Shown here: piece by piece, positions 37,790-50,084 of the stretch | Layout of the letters: each line of letters starts with the position of its first letter | How positions within the stretch are numbered: the stretch's first letter is position 1 | NCBI RefSeq assembly: GCF_963921235.1 | Contig: NC_086107.1 | Coordinates: forward strand, 104,410,001-104,474,000 | Direction of reading: 5' to 3' | Length of the DNA: 64,000 nucleotides | Source: Mobula hypostoma | Taxonomy: Eukaryota | Translations under genes and position numbers: made by a program | Notes under the pieces: generated by a model | Database searches by the model: none | What the model was told of the DNA's origin: nothing | Seen by the model: the letters and a program-made list of their open reading frames with translations, nothing else

Positions 37790-38180
37790 ACCAGCAACCC
37801 TGTTGTGGGTTGGAGGCTTGCATGCTTCAATGACCTGGAGAGCTATGTTGGCTGGAGTCAGGCTCTTGGTAGGGTCACCCATGCCAAAGAGGTCAAAGGG
37901 CAGAGGCCAGACTAAGGGTGGTCCACCGGTCCTCCAGGTTTGGGGGTTCAGCTTAGGGTTAACAACCCCGACTGGTCAAACAGAATTGTTACAGAAACAG
38001 CAATGAAGAATCCTTCTACATCCGAGTGTGACGGAATTCCTGAGTTTCCACCCGGGACTTGCATGACTGACAGTAATGAAAACCAAGAGGAAGATACTGA
38101 CACGGTGAAGGTAGCCCTGAACACTACCAGAGAAGGAGGATCTTCATTGCAGCCCTGGATGCCAGCGGTATAACAGAATT
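37790..38180 (+). mobile_element. RTE-related bipartite non-autonomous element
   Basis: Expander/RTE-like 5' end (ggaggcttgcatgcttcaatgacctggagagctatg..ggtagggtcacccatgcc) plus a short 3' end. Confidence 0.6.
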
Positions 38181-41100
38181 AGATTTAGAATTTATTTAAA
38201 TCTTACATCCATCCCACAATGTGAGGGAGTGAAAATCTTTGTGTTATGACTTCGTTGCAATATACAGACATGTGAATTTAAAAGTCTAATGGCTTGTAGA
38301 AAGAAGCTGTCCCATAGACTGGTGGGTCCTGGCTTTAATGCTGTGGTACCATTTGCCAGACGGAAGCAGCAGAAACAGTTTATGGTTGGGGTGACTGGTG
38401 TCCCTGATGATTTTCCAGGCCTTCTTTACACACCTGCTGCTATAAATGTCCTCAATGGAGGGATTCACATCCACAGATGCGCTGGGCTGTCCGTACCACT
38501 CTCTGCAGTGCCCAGTGACCAAGGTTGGTGCAGTTCCTGTACCAGGCGGTGATACAGCCAGTCAGGAGGCTTTCAATGATGCCCATGCAGAGGACTTGGG
38601 GGTCCATGCTGAGCTTCTTCAATCAGTAAGAGAGATATTTAGGACTGAACTGAGGAGAAACATCTACAATCAAAGGGTGATGAATTTTTTCTTGTTCTCC
38701 ACCACTCTGAGCTATGGATGGTCGGACAATGAGTTCATTCAAACAGGATTAAATGAGAATCATGTGACTTGGGGATGGTACAAGAAAATGGATTTAAGGT
38801 AGAATATGAACGATGATCTTGAACTTGTCCATCCATTGAGATGTTCCCACAATCAATGATCTCACTTTAAGGACTCTTTATTTCATTATCTCATGTTCTC
38901 ATTATTTATTGCTATTTATTTATATTGGCACTTGCACAGTTTGTTGTCTTCTGCACTCTGGTTGATGTTTCATTGACCCTGGATGGAGAGCGGGGTGTCT
39001 CCCAGTGGAGGTTGGTTGTAGGGGAATCGCAGCCCATTCCTTAGTTAGAGCCCTCAGCATTCTGGGCATCGAGGGAGAGAGGAAGAGGAGAGCCATCCGC
39101 AGTACCACCGATGCGGCAGAGAGGGCCTCAAGATGGCTGTGGCTCAAAAGAGGGGAGCCATGGAGTCATAAGTAGCTAGCCATCTGGACACAAGCCGGGG
39201 TCTGATCAGCCCCGGCTGGGTCACCTGGAGGAGGTTGTATGATGTTGAAAGACCCGAAACACCCGATGATTCCAGGAACATCACTGAAGGTGTGTCCAGA
39301 AGCATCAGTAGATGTATGTACACAGTACTTATTAGTTAATAGATTTGCTGAGTATGCCCTCAGGAAAATGAAACTCAGAATTGTATATATATCCTTCAAT
39401 AATAAAAAATTTACTTTGAACTTTGAAAAACAGACTCAAAGGCCCAGACGGTCTCCTCCTGCTCCTAAATCCTACATGCTTATATTTTGCTGTAGAAGAG
39501 CAATCTCCTCAGGTGTAGCATCTCGTAGTCATGCCTGAGAGAAACGGTCAAGAGCCAGGTCAATGGGACTAGGAACAGTAACAGTTGGTCACAGTCTAGA
39601 TGGGCTGAAGGGCCTGTCTCTGCACTGTAGTGCTCTATGACCCTAACCTGCTAACGTACACAATCTCCCTTTCATTACAGAACAACAAGCTACTTTCTCC
39701 TGGAGAGGAGTGAATCCTGATTGATTGCGTCCCTGGGATCACTCAGAGCTGCGGTCCAGTCTAGAATGGCCTCTCACTTCCCAGGATGGGTTATGGCCCG
39801 AAACGCCGACTGTTTATTCCTCTCCCTTGATACTGCCTGACCTGCTGAGTTCCTCCAGCATTTTTGAGCGAGTTACTCTGAATCTCCAGCATCTGCAGAA
39901 CCTCTTGTCTTCAGGAGAATGATCTGCTCACAAGTAGCTCTTCCCTCTTCTACACGGACTTCAAGTTGACATCAGTACTAGGGAAAATACTGGCATCTAT
40001 AATGACGTAAACGGAACAGATGAAATAACAATGGGATTGAGCCGAGCTGCCAGAGAAATTAGCTTTGAAGTATCTGTTAAGATATTTTAAAGGTTGCATT
40101 GAATGGAATAAGGGCAAACTAATTGATGGTTCTTTTTGGGCCTTCAGATTGTCACTGATAAGGAGATTATCTTAAAAAATAGTGTGCACAGTATGGTGAT
40201 ACTATACTGACAGAATTCAAAGAGTTTTCACTTCAGGAGTTTGTACATTCACTCCCTGTGACTGCATGGGTTTCCTCTGGGTGTTCCGGTTTCCTTCCAC
40301 ATTCCAAAGACGTACGGGGCTGTACGCTATTTGTCCCATGTATGTAATTGGGAGGTGCGTGCTTGTTGAGTGGGAAAGGCACGTCACCATGCAGTATCTC
40401 AAAATAAAATGTTTTTTTTAAAAAGCAAAGTAGGAATAAATGACTTTGATAAGTGGGCCACCCACAGGGACCCAGGTGTTCACAATACACATCCATGACT
40501 TTGAGAGATGATACATGGTCTATCCAGATTGGATGGGTTGTGAGGAGGATGTAGAGAAGCTTCAGGGGAACGTGGACAGTTCAAGTGAATGGGGGAGGAG
40601 ATGGCAGATCAAATGTAACAGTAGAGGAATATAGAAATGTGAAGAACTTTTTAAATGATGAGAGGTTGAACGTTGTTGGTCTTCAGAGAGATCTGAGTGT
40701 TCATGTACACAAATTTCTCTACATTAACATGTAGGGACAGCAGACCTTGAGAAAAACAATAAACATGCTTGCCTTTATTGTAACAAGGTTTAATTACAAG
40801 AAAAGAGGCAGTTTACTCCTTTAATGAAGAACCCTGGTTGGAGTGCATTTGGGACATTATGGAGACTCTGGGCTTCCAACCTAAGGAGATACCTGAGATA
40901 GAGGAGTGTGATGAAAATTCATCAGGTGAATCCCTGGCTTGTCAAGTTTGTCACCTGAGGGGAAACGAGGTAGATTAGTATTAAACTGTCTGGAAGAATA
41001 AAACGTAACCTCACTGAAACATTGAAAGTTGTCACGGGGCTCAGCAATTAAGTTCTGATACTTCCTCAGGCTGGGGTCCAAGGCCATTGTGTGAAAAGTT

Positions 41101-41681
41101 TGGCTGGATGTTCAGGACAGAGAAGGAATTTCTTCACCTGACCTTAGTGACTCTTTGGTATCCTCTAATTCAGAAGGCCATGGGGAAGTGTCAGTTGTTG
41201 AATATATTCCAGTCAGATATGAAAATCTCAAGGAAATCAGAGAATATGAAGTTAATGTAAGAACGTGGCTTGTGAAGTAAAAGGTAGCCTCAAAGTTGCT
41301 GAACAGTGGCTACAAGGAAATGAAGGGCTTACTCTTTTCATGTTTCTTGTGCTAAGCTGTTTCTAGTGCGTTTTTGGCACAGCGTCTCACCTATGCAGCG
41401 AAGGTCAACGTCTAGCTGAATCTGGCTAGGGCTACAATGAAGCAGAATGAGTTCAATTGACGTCTGGCTGTGTCTTCATGGCAGCTGTCGCCCTGTCACA
41501 GAAGAGGCACCAAGTCCCTACAAGGAAGTGCTCCAGGCCTCCATCAAGGTCAAAGGCTCCTAGTTAGAGACTTGGAGTAGCACAGCTCAGAAACAGGCCC
41601 TTCAGCCCAACTCATCCATGCTGTCCATGGTTCTCACCAAACTATTACCAATCCCCACCTTTGGCATACACCCCTCTAAAC

Positions 41682-41764
41682 CAGGGGCTTTCAAACTTGT
41701 TTTTATGCCATGGCCCAATACCATTAATCAAAAAGGTCCATTGATCTCAAGTTGGGAATCCCTG
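41682..41764. mobile_element. hAT MITE
   Basis: CAGGGG...CCCTG termini; imperfect 8-bp TSD CTCTAAAC/CTCTAATT. Confidence 0.75.
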
Positions 41765-41917
41765 CTCTAATTCTTTCCTAGCCACATATTTACCCAAACA
41801 TCTTTTGAACATTGTAGTTGTACTTTTTCTAGTTTCTTATTCCATACATTCACCACCCTCTATGTAAAGAAGTTGTTCCACAGGTCCCTGTTAGGTCTTT
41901 ACCCTCTCACCTTAAAC

Positions 41918-42497
41918 CAGGGGTCCCCAACCTTTTTTTTAATCATCATCATAGCTTGTCACACCAGACAGCCAGCCACTCTAGTGTTGTTTGGTTGATG
42001 TTGAGCAGGTCAGTGTCAGCTAAATCAGGTGAGAGTGGGCAGTTGTGCAGAACGTGCTCGTTGTTCTGCACCCTTTCGCCACGCTCTCAGGGTTGGCTGG
42101 TCTTTAAACCCCACTTCACCATATTGTCTCCCGTCCTACAAACTCCCACTCTCGCTCTGTTGAGAGTGCACCACTTCCGTCTGTCAAGCAGTGCCCCGTC
42201 TGGTAACATTTCTGTGGGGTCTTGCACTGTATTGTTTGGTGGGGTTCTGGCTTCTGTTTGTTGCCAGAGGTCAATCCTGTATGTTTGGGGGGATGTTCCG
42301 TGCGGTAGTTGCTCTACTGTAGCAAAGTTTTTCCTCGGTTTTAGGCGGTTGGAAACTGGCACATGATGATGTAGTGGGTGCCGTGGATCTGACTTCTGTT
42401 TACTTTTTTCAATTTTTGCTGTAGTGTGTACCTTTTTTATGCCATGGACCAATACCATTAAGCAAAGGGTCCATGGACCCCAGATTGGGAACCACTG
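41918..42497. mobile_element. hAT MITE containing a Vingi/Ingi-like LINE 3' fragment (~41943-42430, minus)
   Basis: TSD CCTTAAAC/CCTTAAAA; the insert encodes HPLH..NRLKPRKNF..WCTLNRARVGVCRTGDNMVKWG and has a (TGA)n tail. Confidence 0.75.
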
Positions 42498-42550
42498 CCT
42501 TAAAACTATGCCCTCTAGTCTTTGGTTCCCCTTCCTGGGAAAAAACATTT

Positions 42551-43510
42551 TGTCATGGTCCAGTCCGTGAAGTCCGTATTCCGGTTCACGGTCTGGTCCA
42601 TCGACCCTTGCTCCAGGTTTTCCTGTCTACCCTGTTTCTGTTCTTGTTGAGCTCTAATTGAGGCAGCTGATACTCGTTGGGGCTGGCTGCATAAATGCCT
42701 TCAGAGACCAGGGCATGGCTGCTGGATTGTTCTTGTCCTACTCCTTGTATCCCTTCCTCTGCCTCCTGTTTCCTCGCCTGAAGCCCTGCCTTGTCTTGCC
42801 CGTAACTCTCGCCTCACCTGAAGTTCTCATCTCACCTTGCTTTGCCTGAAGCCTTGACTTGTCTTGCTAGTAACTCTCGCCTCGACTTGCCTGCAGTCTT
42901 GTCCTGGAGCCACCCTGTACCTAGCTCCCTTCCTGTCCCTTGCCTCCACCAGGTAAGCCAGGCTGTCTTGCCATTAACTGCAGTTGGTTCTGTCCCTTCC
43001 TGTCCCTTGCCTCCGTCGGGTAAGCCAGGCTGTCTTGCCGTTTCCTGCAGTTGGTTCTGTCCCTTCTTGTTCCATGCCTCCATTGGGTGGAGTACCGCAC
43101 TCTGCCCAGGAGGAGCCTGCCTAGCCTCAAGCCTGAAGACTCCAGCCTCCTGCCTCCTGCCAAGCCTTGCCTCTAGCCTGAAGACTCCAGCCTGCTGCCT
43201 CCTGCCAAGCCTCACCTCTAGCCTCTAGCCTCAAGCCTGAAGACTCCAGCCTCGTCCTGCCTGCCTGCCAAGCCTCGTCCTTGCCTAGTTCTGGGGTCCG
43301 AGTCAGAGGCAAGACCCAGGTACTGGGTCCTTGTCCAGTCCCATGCTCGGAGTCCAAGCCTGGGCTCCTAGCTCTCTTGTCCAGTCCTGTTCTGGGTTCC
43401 TAGTTTTCATCTCCATGTCCTTGCCCTCAGCCTGTATCCTAGTCCTGTCCCTAGTACTTCAGTGTCTGTGTCTTGCACTTGGGTCCATTCCCAGCCACCT
43501 CCCTGTGACA
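42551..43510 (+). mobile_element. Gypsy-type solo LTR
   Basis: TGTCATG...GTGACA termini; near-perfect TSD CATTT/CATTC; reverse-oriented homolog of 43934-45841. Confidence 0.85.
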
Positions 43511-43933
43511 CATTCACCCTGCCTATACCCTTCATGATTTTATACACCTCTGTACGATCACCCCTCAAACTCCTCCACTCCATGGGTAAAGTCCAACCTC
43601 TCTCTATCGCTCAAGCCCTCGAGGCCTGGCAGCATCCTTGTAAATCTTCCCTTTTTCCAGCTTAATGGCATCTTTCCTTCAACAGGGCAGCCGAAACTGT
43701 ACACAATATCCCAAATGTGGTCTCGCCAACGTCCGGTAACGTCCCGACTCCTATGCTCAATACTCTGACCGATGAGTTCCCCACAGCCTCCTGGAAGAAC
43801 ACGGTGATACATCCTCCAAGCTCCTTGCCATTATCTGTGATCAGTGTGGAAGGTGGAACTTCCCATTCTCAACTTCACCCCAACTGCACTCGTCACCAAG
43901 GCATTCCAAACACAGGTCCCTTTGGAGTGATCT

Positions 43934-45841
43934 TGTCACAGTGAGGTGCTGGGAACAGACCCAAATGCAAGACACAGACACTGAAGTACAAGGAACAGGA
44001 CTTGACTAGAATAGGGACATGACAGGATACAGGCAAGGAGCAGGGACAAGAATGCAGACCTGGGCAAGGGAAAGCAAGACCAGGACAAGAAACCATGGAC
44101 TGGGAGATAAGGCATCGACTCCGAGCCCGAGACTGGATAAGGACCCAGAACCTGGGTCTTGCCTCGGGCTCGGACCCCAGAACCAGGCAAGGACATAACA
44201 TGCCTTCAGGACAGGACGTGGCTGGGGACTAGAGGCCTGAGCTTGGAGACAGGCTGGAGTCTTTGCTCTTGAGGCTTGAGGCTGGGGTCTTGGGTCTAGA
44301 GCTTGGAGGCCGGCTGGGGTCTTGGGTCTTGAGTCTGGAGCTTGGAAGTTGGGGACTTCAGGCTTGTGTTCTTGGAGCTTGGCTCGGGATCCTCGAGGCT
44401 TGGCTTCTTGGAGCTTGGCTGCGGGATCCTCGAGGCTTGGCTTCTTGGAGCTTGGCTGCGGGGTCCTCGAGGCTTGTGTACTTGGAGCTTGGCTCGGGAT
44501 CCTCGAGGCTTGTATACTTGGAGCTTGGCTGCGGGGTCTTCGAGGCTTGGCTTCTTGGAGCTTGGCTGCGGGGTCTTCGAGGCTTGGCTTCTTGGAGCTT
44601 GGCTGCGGGGTCTTCGAGGCTTGGCTTCTTGGAGCTTGGCTGCGGGGTCTTCGAGGCTTGGCTTCTTGGAGCTTGGCTGCGGGGTCTTCGAGGCTTGGCT
44701 TCTTGGAGCTTGGCTGCGGGGTCTTCAAGGCTTGGCTTCTTGGAGCTTGGCTGCGGGGTCTTCGAGGCTTGGCTTCTTGGAGCTTGGCTGCGGGGTCTTC
44801 GAGGCTTGGCTTCTTGGAGCTTGGCTGCGGGGTCTTCGAGACTTGGCTTCTTGGAGCTTGGCTGCAGGATCTTTGAGGCTTGGCTTCTTGGAGCTTGGCT
44901 GCGGGATCTTTGTCTTGAAATGCAGAGGCTGATAACTTGGAGGCTGGAGCTGAGAGACAGACTGGGAACTGAACATCAACATAGAGCCGGGACTTGTCCT
45001 ACGCAAAGCCGGGACTCATCATTAACACAACACCAAGATGAGACAGGATTGTACATAGACAGAGCCAGGACTCAACTTCATCTCCACACCAAGGTGGGAC
45101 AGGTCCACCTGTTGAGTAACAGCAGAATGGCCAGACTTACCCAACAGAGGCAAAGACAAGACAAGACATGTCCCCCCGCAGGGCAACGGCAAAACCGTCT
45201 GACTTACCCCACGGAGGCGAGGACAAGACAAGGCATGAACCCACCCCCACAGGGCAACGGCAGAATGGCCTGACTTACCCCTCGCAGGCGAGGACAAGAC
45301 AAGACAGATTCCCCCCCCCCCGCAGGGCAACAGCAGAACGGCCTGATTTACCCCATGGAGGCATGGACAAGAAGAGACAAACACCTAAGAACGACAGATA
45401 GTTCCATCTCTGCTCCAGGGTAGCTCCAAGTTGCAGTTACAGCCAGCAACCTCTGCTGGCTACAGAAACAGCTGGATCCCTACCTAGCTCGGAGTGGCTG
45501 ACAGCCACTCAGCTGGCCCGGGAAACAGCCTAATCCATACCGCAAAGACTACTCCAACGAGTGGCAACAAGGCTCCATGAAGCGGTGATCCTCCAACCAG
45601 GCCTAGAGATCACAAATGGTTTCACTAGCCTTCCATCAGTAGGTTGCTCTAAGGGGAACTGACAAGACAAACTAGCAGCCCACACTCAACCCCAAGGCTA
45701 CTTATATTCCAAGCCCCAAAATGGGAATCAGGTGCCTATGCTTAACTCAATCAAATGAGGGACAGCTGGAAAACCCGGAGACCTGAGTCCATGGACCGGA
45801 CCGTGAACCAGAATGCAGACTTCACGGACCGGACCATGACA
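43934..45841 (-). mobile_element. Gypsy-type solo LTR with an internal 37-bp tandem array
   Basis: TGTCAC...CATGACA termini; perfect TSD GATCT (43929-43933, 45842-45846). Confidence 0.9.
44370..44910. repeat. 37-bp minisatellite inside the LTR
   Basis: GAGCTTGGCTGCGGGGTCTTCGAGGCTTGGCTTCTTG units (period 37 at 44521/44558). Confidence 0.95.
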
Positions 45842-46350
45842 GATCTGGCTCAGTAGATGTGTGGGTCCCACCTCCACACCAACCTCCTACATCCTAGAGC
45901 CTGCCTAGTGTGTGGTGTATCTCCCTCTGGCACGTATGCCTCCAATCTTCATCCCCTGAGGTGGTGCAAGGGGCAAGAGGCGCATTGATCCCTGATCCTC
46001 ACTGTAAGTTCTTTCTCCCTCCACCGTGGACTCTAATGCCTCCAGTAGCCTCTCTTGCAGCTTCCCTCCCTCCAAATAAGGCCTGCTCCGCCTCCTCTAC
46101 AATGGAGAGGGAACCGGTCAGCCTCCGCTGATACCCTACAAAGACCAAACAGAACAGCAAACACTCCGTTGGCGGAAGTCAGCCGGTTGGGCAACATCTC
46201 TTGACTGAAAGGGACCGTCAACGTATCGGTTCGAGACCCGGTGTCTGAAACCAAAAGTGTCGGCAATTCATCACCGCTCCCACGGATGCCGCTCGACCAG
46301 CCGAGTTCCTCCAGCAGGTTGCTTGCCGCTCCAGCCTCCAGCTCCCGCGG

Positions 46351-46504
46351 TCACAACACGGTGGAAGAACTCAGCAGGTCGGGCAGCATCCGTGGAAACG
46401 ATGAGTCGACGTTTCGGGCCGGAACCCTTCGTCCGGCCCGAAACCTCGACTCATCGTTTCCGCGGATGCTGCCCGACCTGCTGAGTTCCTCCAGCGTGTT
46501 GTGA
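46351..46504. repeat. 73-bp-arm inverted repeat derived from a Penelope tail
   Basis: Arms 46351-46423 and 46432-46504 with 4 mismatches and an 8-nt loop. Confidence 0.92.
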
Positions 46505-48287
46505 GTGTTGCTTTGACCCCAGCATCTGCAGAGTATTTTGTGCTTAGCTCCCGCGGTCTCCGGGATCCTCAAAGTCAACGCAGAAAGTGGTTGCAGTTTT
46601 GAATTTCAGCAGAAATAGTTGCAGGTTGACACAGCGAGACAGATGGCAGGCGGGGGTTGGGGGGGATGCCGTTACTGAAATGCAAACGGGGGTTTTGGTG
46701 GTGTAAGGTCATTGCGATTGGGAACACCAGGCAGAGTGGATCGGCTGGGCTCCGGTAGCCTGTCGCTCCATGAGCCGAGAGACACTGGATACACTTCCTG
46801 TGCAAGTGGTCCCTCTTTGCTGGAAAGAGGACAATGAGCAGCCGTTTTACTGTGCTTGTTCTGGAAGGACGGGCCAGGGGTGGCAGGTCGGCCGTTAGTA
46901 TATGAGTGGGGCAAGGAAGGTGGGGAGGTGGGAGTGGGTACGAGGCGGCGTGTGCACAGCCCGTGGAGCTGAGGATGGAGTGACAGCTGCGTGATAAATA
47001 GTTTAAAGTCAGGGCCGAGATCATTGTCATCGGCACGGGTACACGAACGCACAGGTGCAATGGGGGGGAAAAAAACTTAGAGCGGCGTCGCGTCGAATCG
47101 GAAGTCCGGGTGTGGCGGCCGGCCGGCTAGAATCACTGCGAGACCCGCTGCGATAGCTGAAAGGCCCAGTGTCTGCGAGTCCAAGTCCGAATCCAGGGCT
47201 GAGACGGAAGGAAGACAGGCTGCCTAAGGACTAGAGGTCGGTGTGTGTGTGCGAGGAGGAACGGGGCTTGCCTTGCTGTTGCTTGTTGTGTTCCGTGCCG
47301 CAACGTGTGGCTATATTTGCGGGCTGCCCCCAGCACCCCCTCGGGTGTGTTGGTTGTTAAGGCAGACCACGCATTTCGCTGTACGTGTCCGTGCACACGT
47401 GATAAATAAACTCGAATCTTAAATTTTCACTCTCAGCCTCATTGCATCAGAAATGAAACATTCATAAGAAAAAAAAACATAAATTATATAATGAAGACCA
47501 CAATCAGACCAGAAATAAAAATATTGGTAATGATCGAAGTAGTCACAGTGTTGCTATACTGAGGTAGTGTTTAGAGTTGTGCTGCTTGGTTCAAGAACGG
47601 AATGGTTGAAGGGAGGTAGCTGTTCTTGAACCTTGTGCTGTGGGACTTCAGGCTTCTGTATCTGGTGATAGCTATGAGACAATGGTGTGGTCCAGACAGT
47701 GGAGATCTTTGACGATAGATGTTGCTTTCTTCAGGCCATGTCACATGTAGACACTACCAATGGTGGGGGGGGGGGACTTATTGGGCCGAGTCCTCAGCTC
47801 TCTGCAGCTTCTTACGTCCCTGTACCTTCAGACAGCTGTACCAGACCAGGATGTCACCGGTCGGGACACTTCCAACAGTGCACCTGTAGAAGTTTGTCAA
47901 AATGTTCGGCATCCTGAACCTTCAAAGGAAATAAAGGCGCTGGCGCGCTTTCCTTATGCCGGCATCGACGTGCTGGGCCCAGGACAAGGCATCCTCTGTG
48001 TCAATGCCCAGAAACTTAAAGCTGGGTGACTCCCTCCCCTTCTGATCCCCAGACATAGACTGGCATGCGTGTTTGTTGTTTGTGCATGTATGCGCACACT
48101 TGCGTCATTGACAAGTTCCCACAACCAACGGACTCAGTTTCGAGAATCCTTCATCTCATGTTCTCGATATTTATTGCGACTGATTTGTATTTGCACTTGC
48201 ACAGTCTATTGCCTTCTGCACTCTTCTTGAACGCCCCTAGTCGGGCGGTCTTTCATTGATTCTGTTGTAGTTACTGTTCTACTACAT

Positions 48288-48530
48288 GTGTGGGCACGTG
48301 GCCAAGTGGTTAAGGCGTTGGACTAGCTACCTGAAGGTCGCGAGTTCGAACCTTGAGCAAGGCACTTAATCACACATCTCTGCGACGACACTGGTGCCAA
48401 GCTGTATGGGTCCTAGTGCCCTTCCCTTGGACAACATTGGTGTTGTGGAGGGGGGAGACTTGCAGCATGGGCAACTGCTGGTCTTCCATACAACCTTGCC
48501 CAGGCCTGCGCCCTGGAGAGTGAAGATCCA
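48288..48530 (+). mobile_element. tRNA-derived SINE
   Basis: tRNA-like head and a body shared with 61968-62272 (minus). Confidence 0.85.
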
Positions 48531-48641
48531 AAGACTATTCTACAGATTTATTGAGTATGCCCACAAGAAAATGAATCACAGTGTTATAGTGACATAAATG
48601 TACTTTGTTTAAGACTTCACTTTCTGCTTTGTACATTGTAC

Positions 48642-48642
<1 letters not shown>

Positions 48643-48685
<43 letters not shown>
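48643..48685. repeat. (TG)n microsatellite
   Basis: Pure TG run. Confidence 0.97.
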
Positions 48686-48687
<2 letters not shown>

Positions 48688-50084
48688 GAATCAACAGGAA
48701 GGCATAGTATTGGACTGCTATAGAGTTCACATTGATACATGTCATGAATTCTGGAAATGTCTACGCTTTCTCCTCCATCACTGCTTGAGCTGGCCACCAC
48801 CTGCCAGGCTTCTTGTCAGGGGCAGGGGCTGGTTGGTGAAACCCGGAGTGTCTCCTAGCCCTCCTGGTACAGAACACATTTTCCTGACCTCTGTCACTGC
48901 CGCCAGCACCCCAAGAACCCTAATATAAATAAGGAGCATTATCCCTCTTAAAAGAAAGCCACTCTTCTCCACATCAGTCCCGTATGTCCTGTGGTGAGTG
49001 TCACTATACGATGGGGAATGTGCCTTTAAGAGCAGCTCGTGTAATTGTGAGCTGATGCACTAAACTGGACCCAGTCCCTGCTTTAATGCACGACTCAGTC
49101 TGCAAATCACCAACAGAGTGTCCTAACTGGATATTTGACCGATTTTGTGGGAATCTTCACAAATTCTTCAGTTTTCTACAGGGCAAATCATAGCATTCAT
49201 TTATGGGGTTGACCATGACGAAATTGAAAAGTTCTGGGATAGGGAGCCGGGTGTATTTAATGGGCTGGATCTGTATGCAATGTGGGTATTTATGCACACT
49301 GGGTACACTGGGTATTTATGCAGGCTGGGATATTACAGCCTGTGTGAATTTATGGAGCGGATGGTTACACGGACTGAAGGCATTGAACATTAAAACCAAC
49401 CACTGTTACATGGGATATTACTCTGGACAGATAATTGATGGCCAGTATGGATATAATGCGCTGAAGACCCTGTTTCCGAGCTGTGTGACTCTCTGAATCT
49501 AGGGTGTGCTGGAAACCACTGCTCTTTTAAAAATAATACTTTTTATAAGATTTGTACTTTTTAACAAACTCATGTATTTTTTCCACTCACTGGCAGAAAG
49601 CGGTATAGCAGCTAAACTAACGGTTTGTCACCTTTCTCATTTTTCATTGGCTAAGTATTAGCACATGACCCACGTGATGTAATTGTTTTTATTATGCAGC
49701 CTATTAATTCATTCATTCCCATCCAAGGAATTTCTCTTATCTATAAGAGCAAAAAATTTTTCAGAAGCGCCACCTTTTATTCCTTTGTCTTACACCCCTC
49801 AGCATCGTTTCTCAGCTCTTTATTTAGTCTGATTAGTATTTGTATGTTTGTTTGCACTCTAAACTAAAATTTTGGAATTAAGACTGCTCATCGTTCTTGA
49901 CTCCTGGAAGAACCTGAAGGATCAGAAATTAAAGAGAGATCCAACAGGTGGTTGGAGTCTGGTGTACATTGCCTGCCTGAGAGGTGGAAGCAGCTAATCT
50001 CAGAGTTCTGAGACTGGAATTTAATTATTATTGTCACCTGTACCAAGATACAGAGAAACCATTAAGAAATGCCTTGAATGGCTG

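Noticed and set aside
44006..45273. Long ORFs in several frames
   Set aside because: Stop-free 37-bp tandem repeat inside an LTR.
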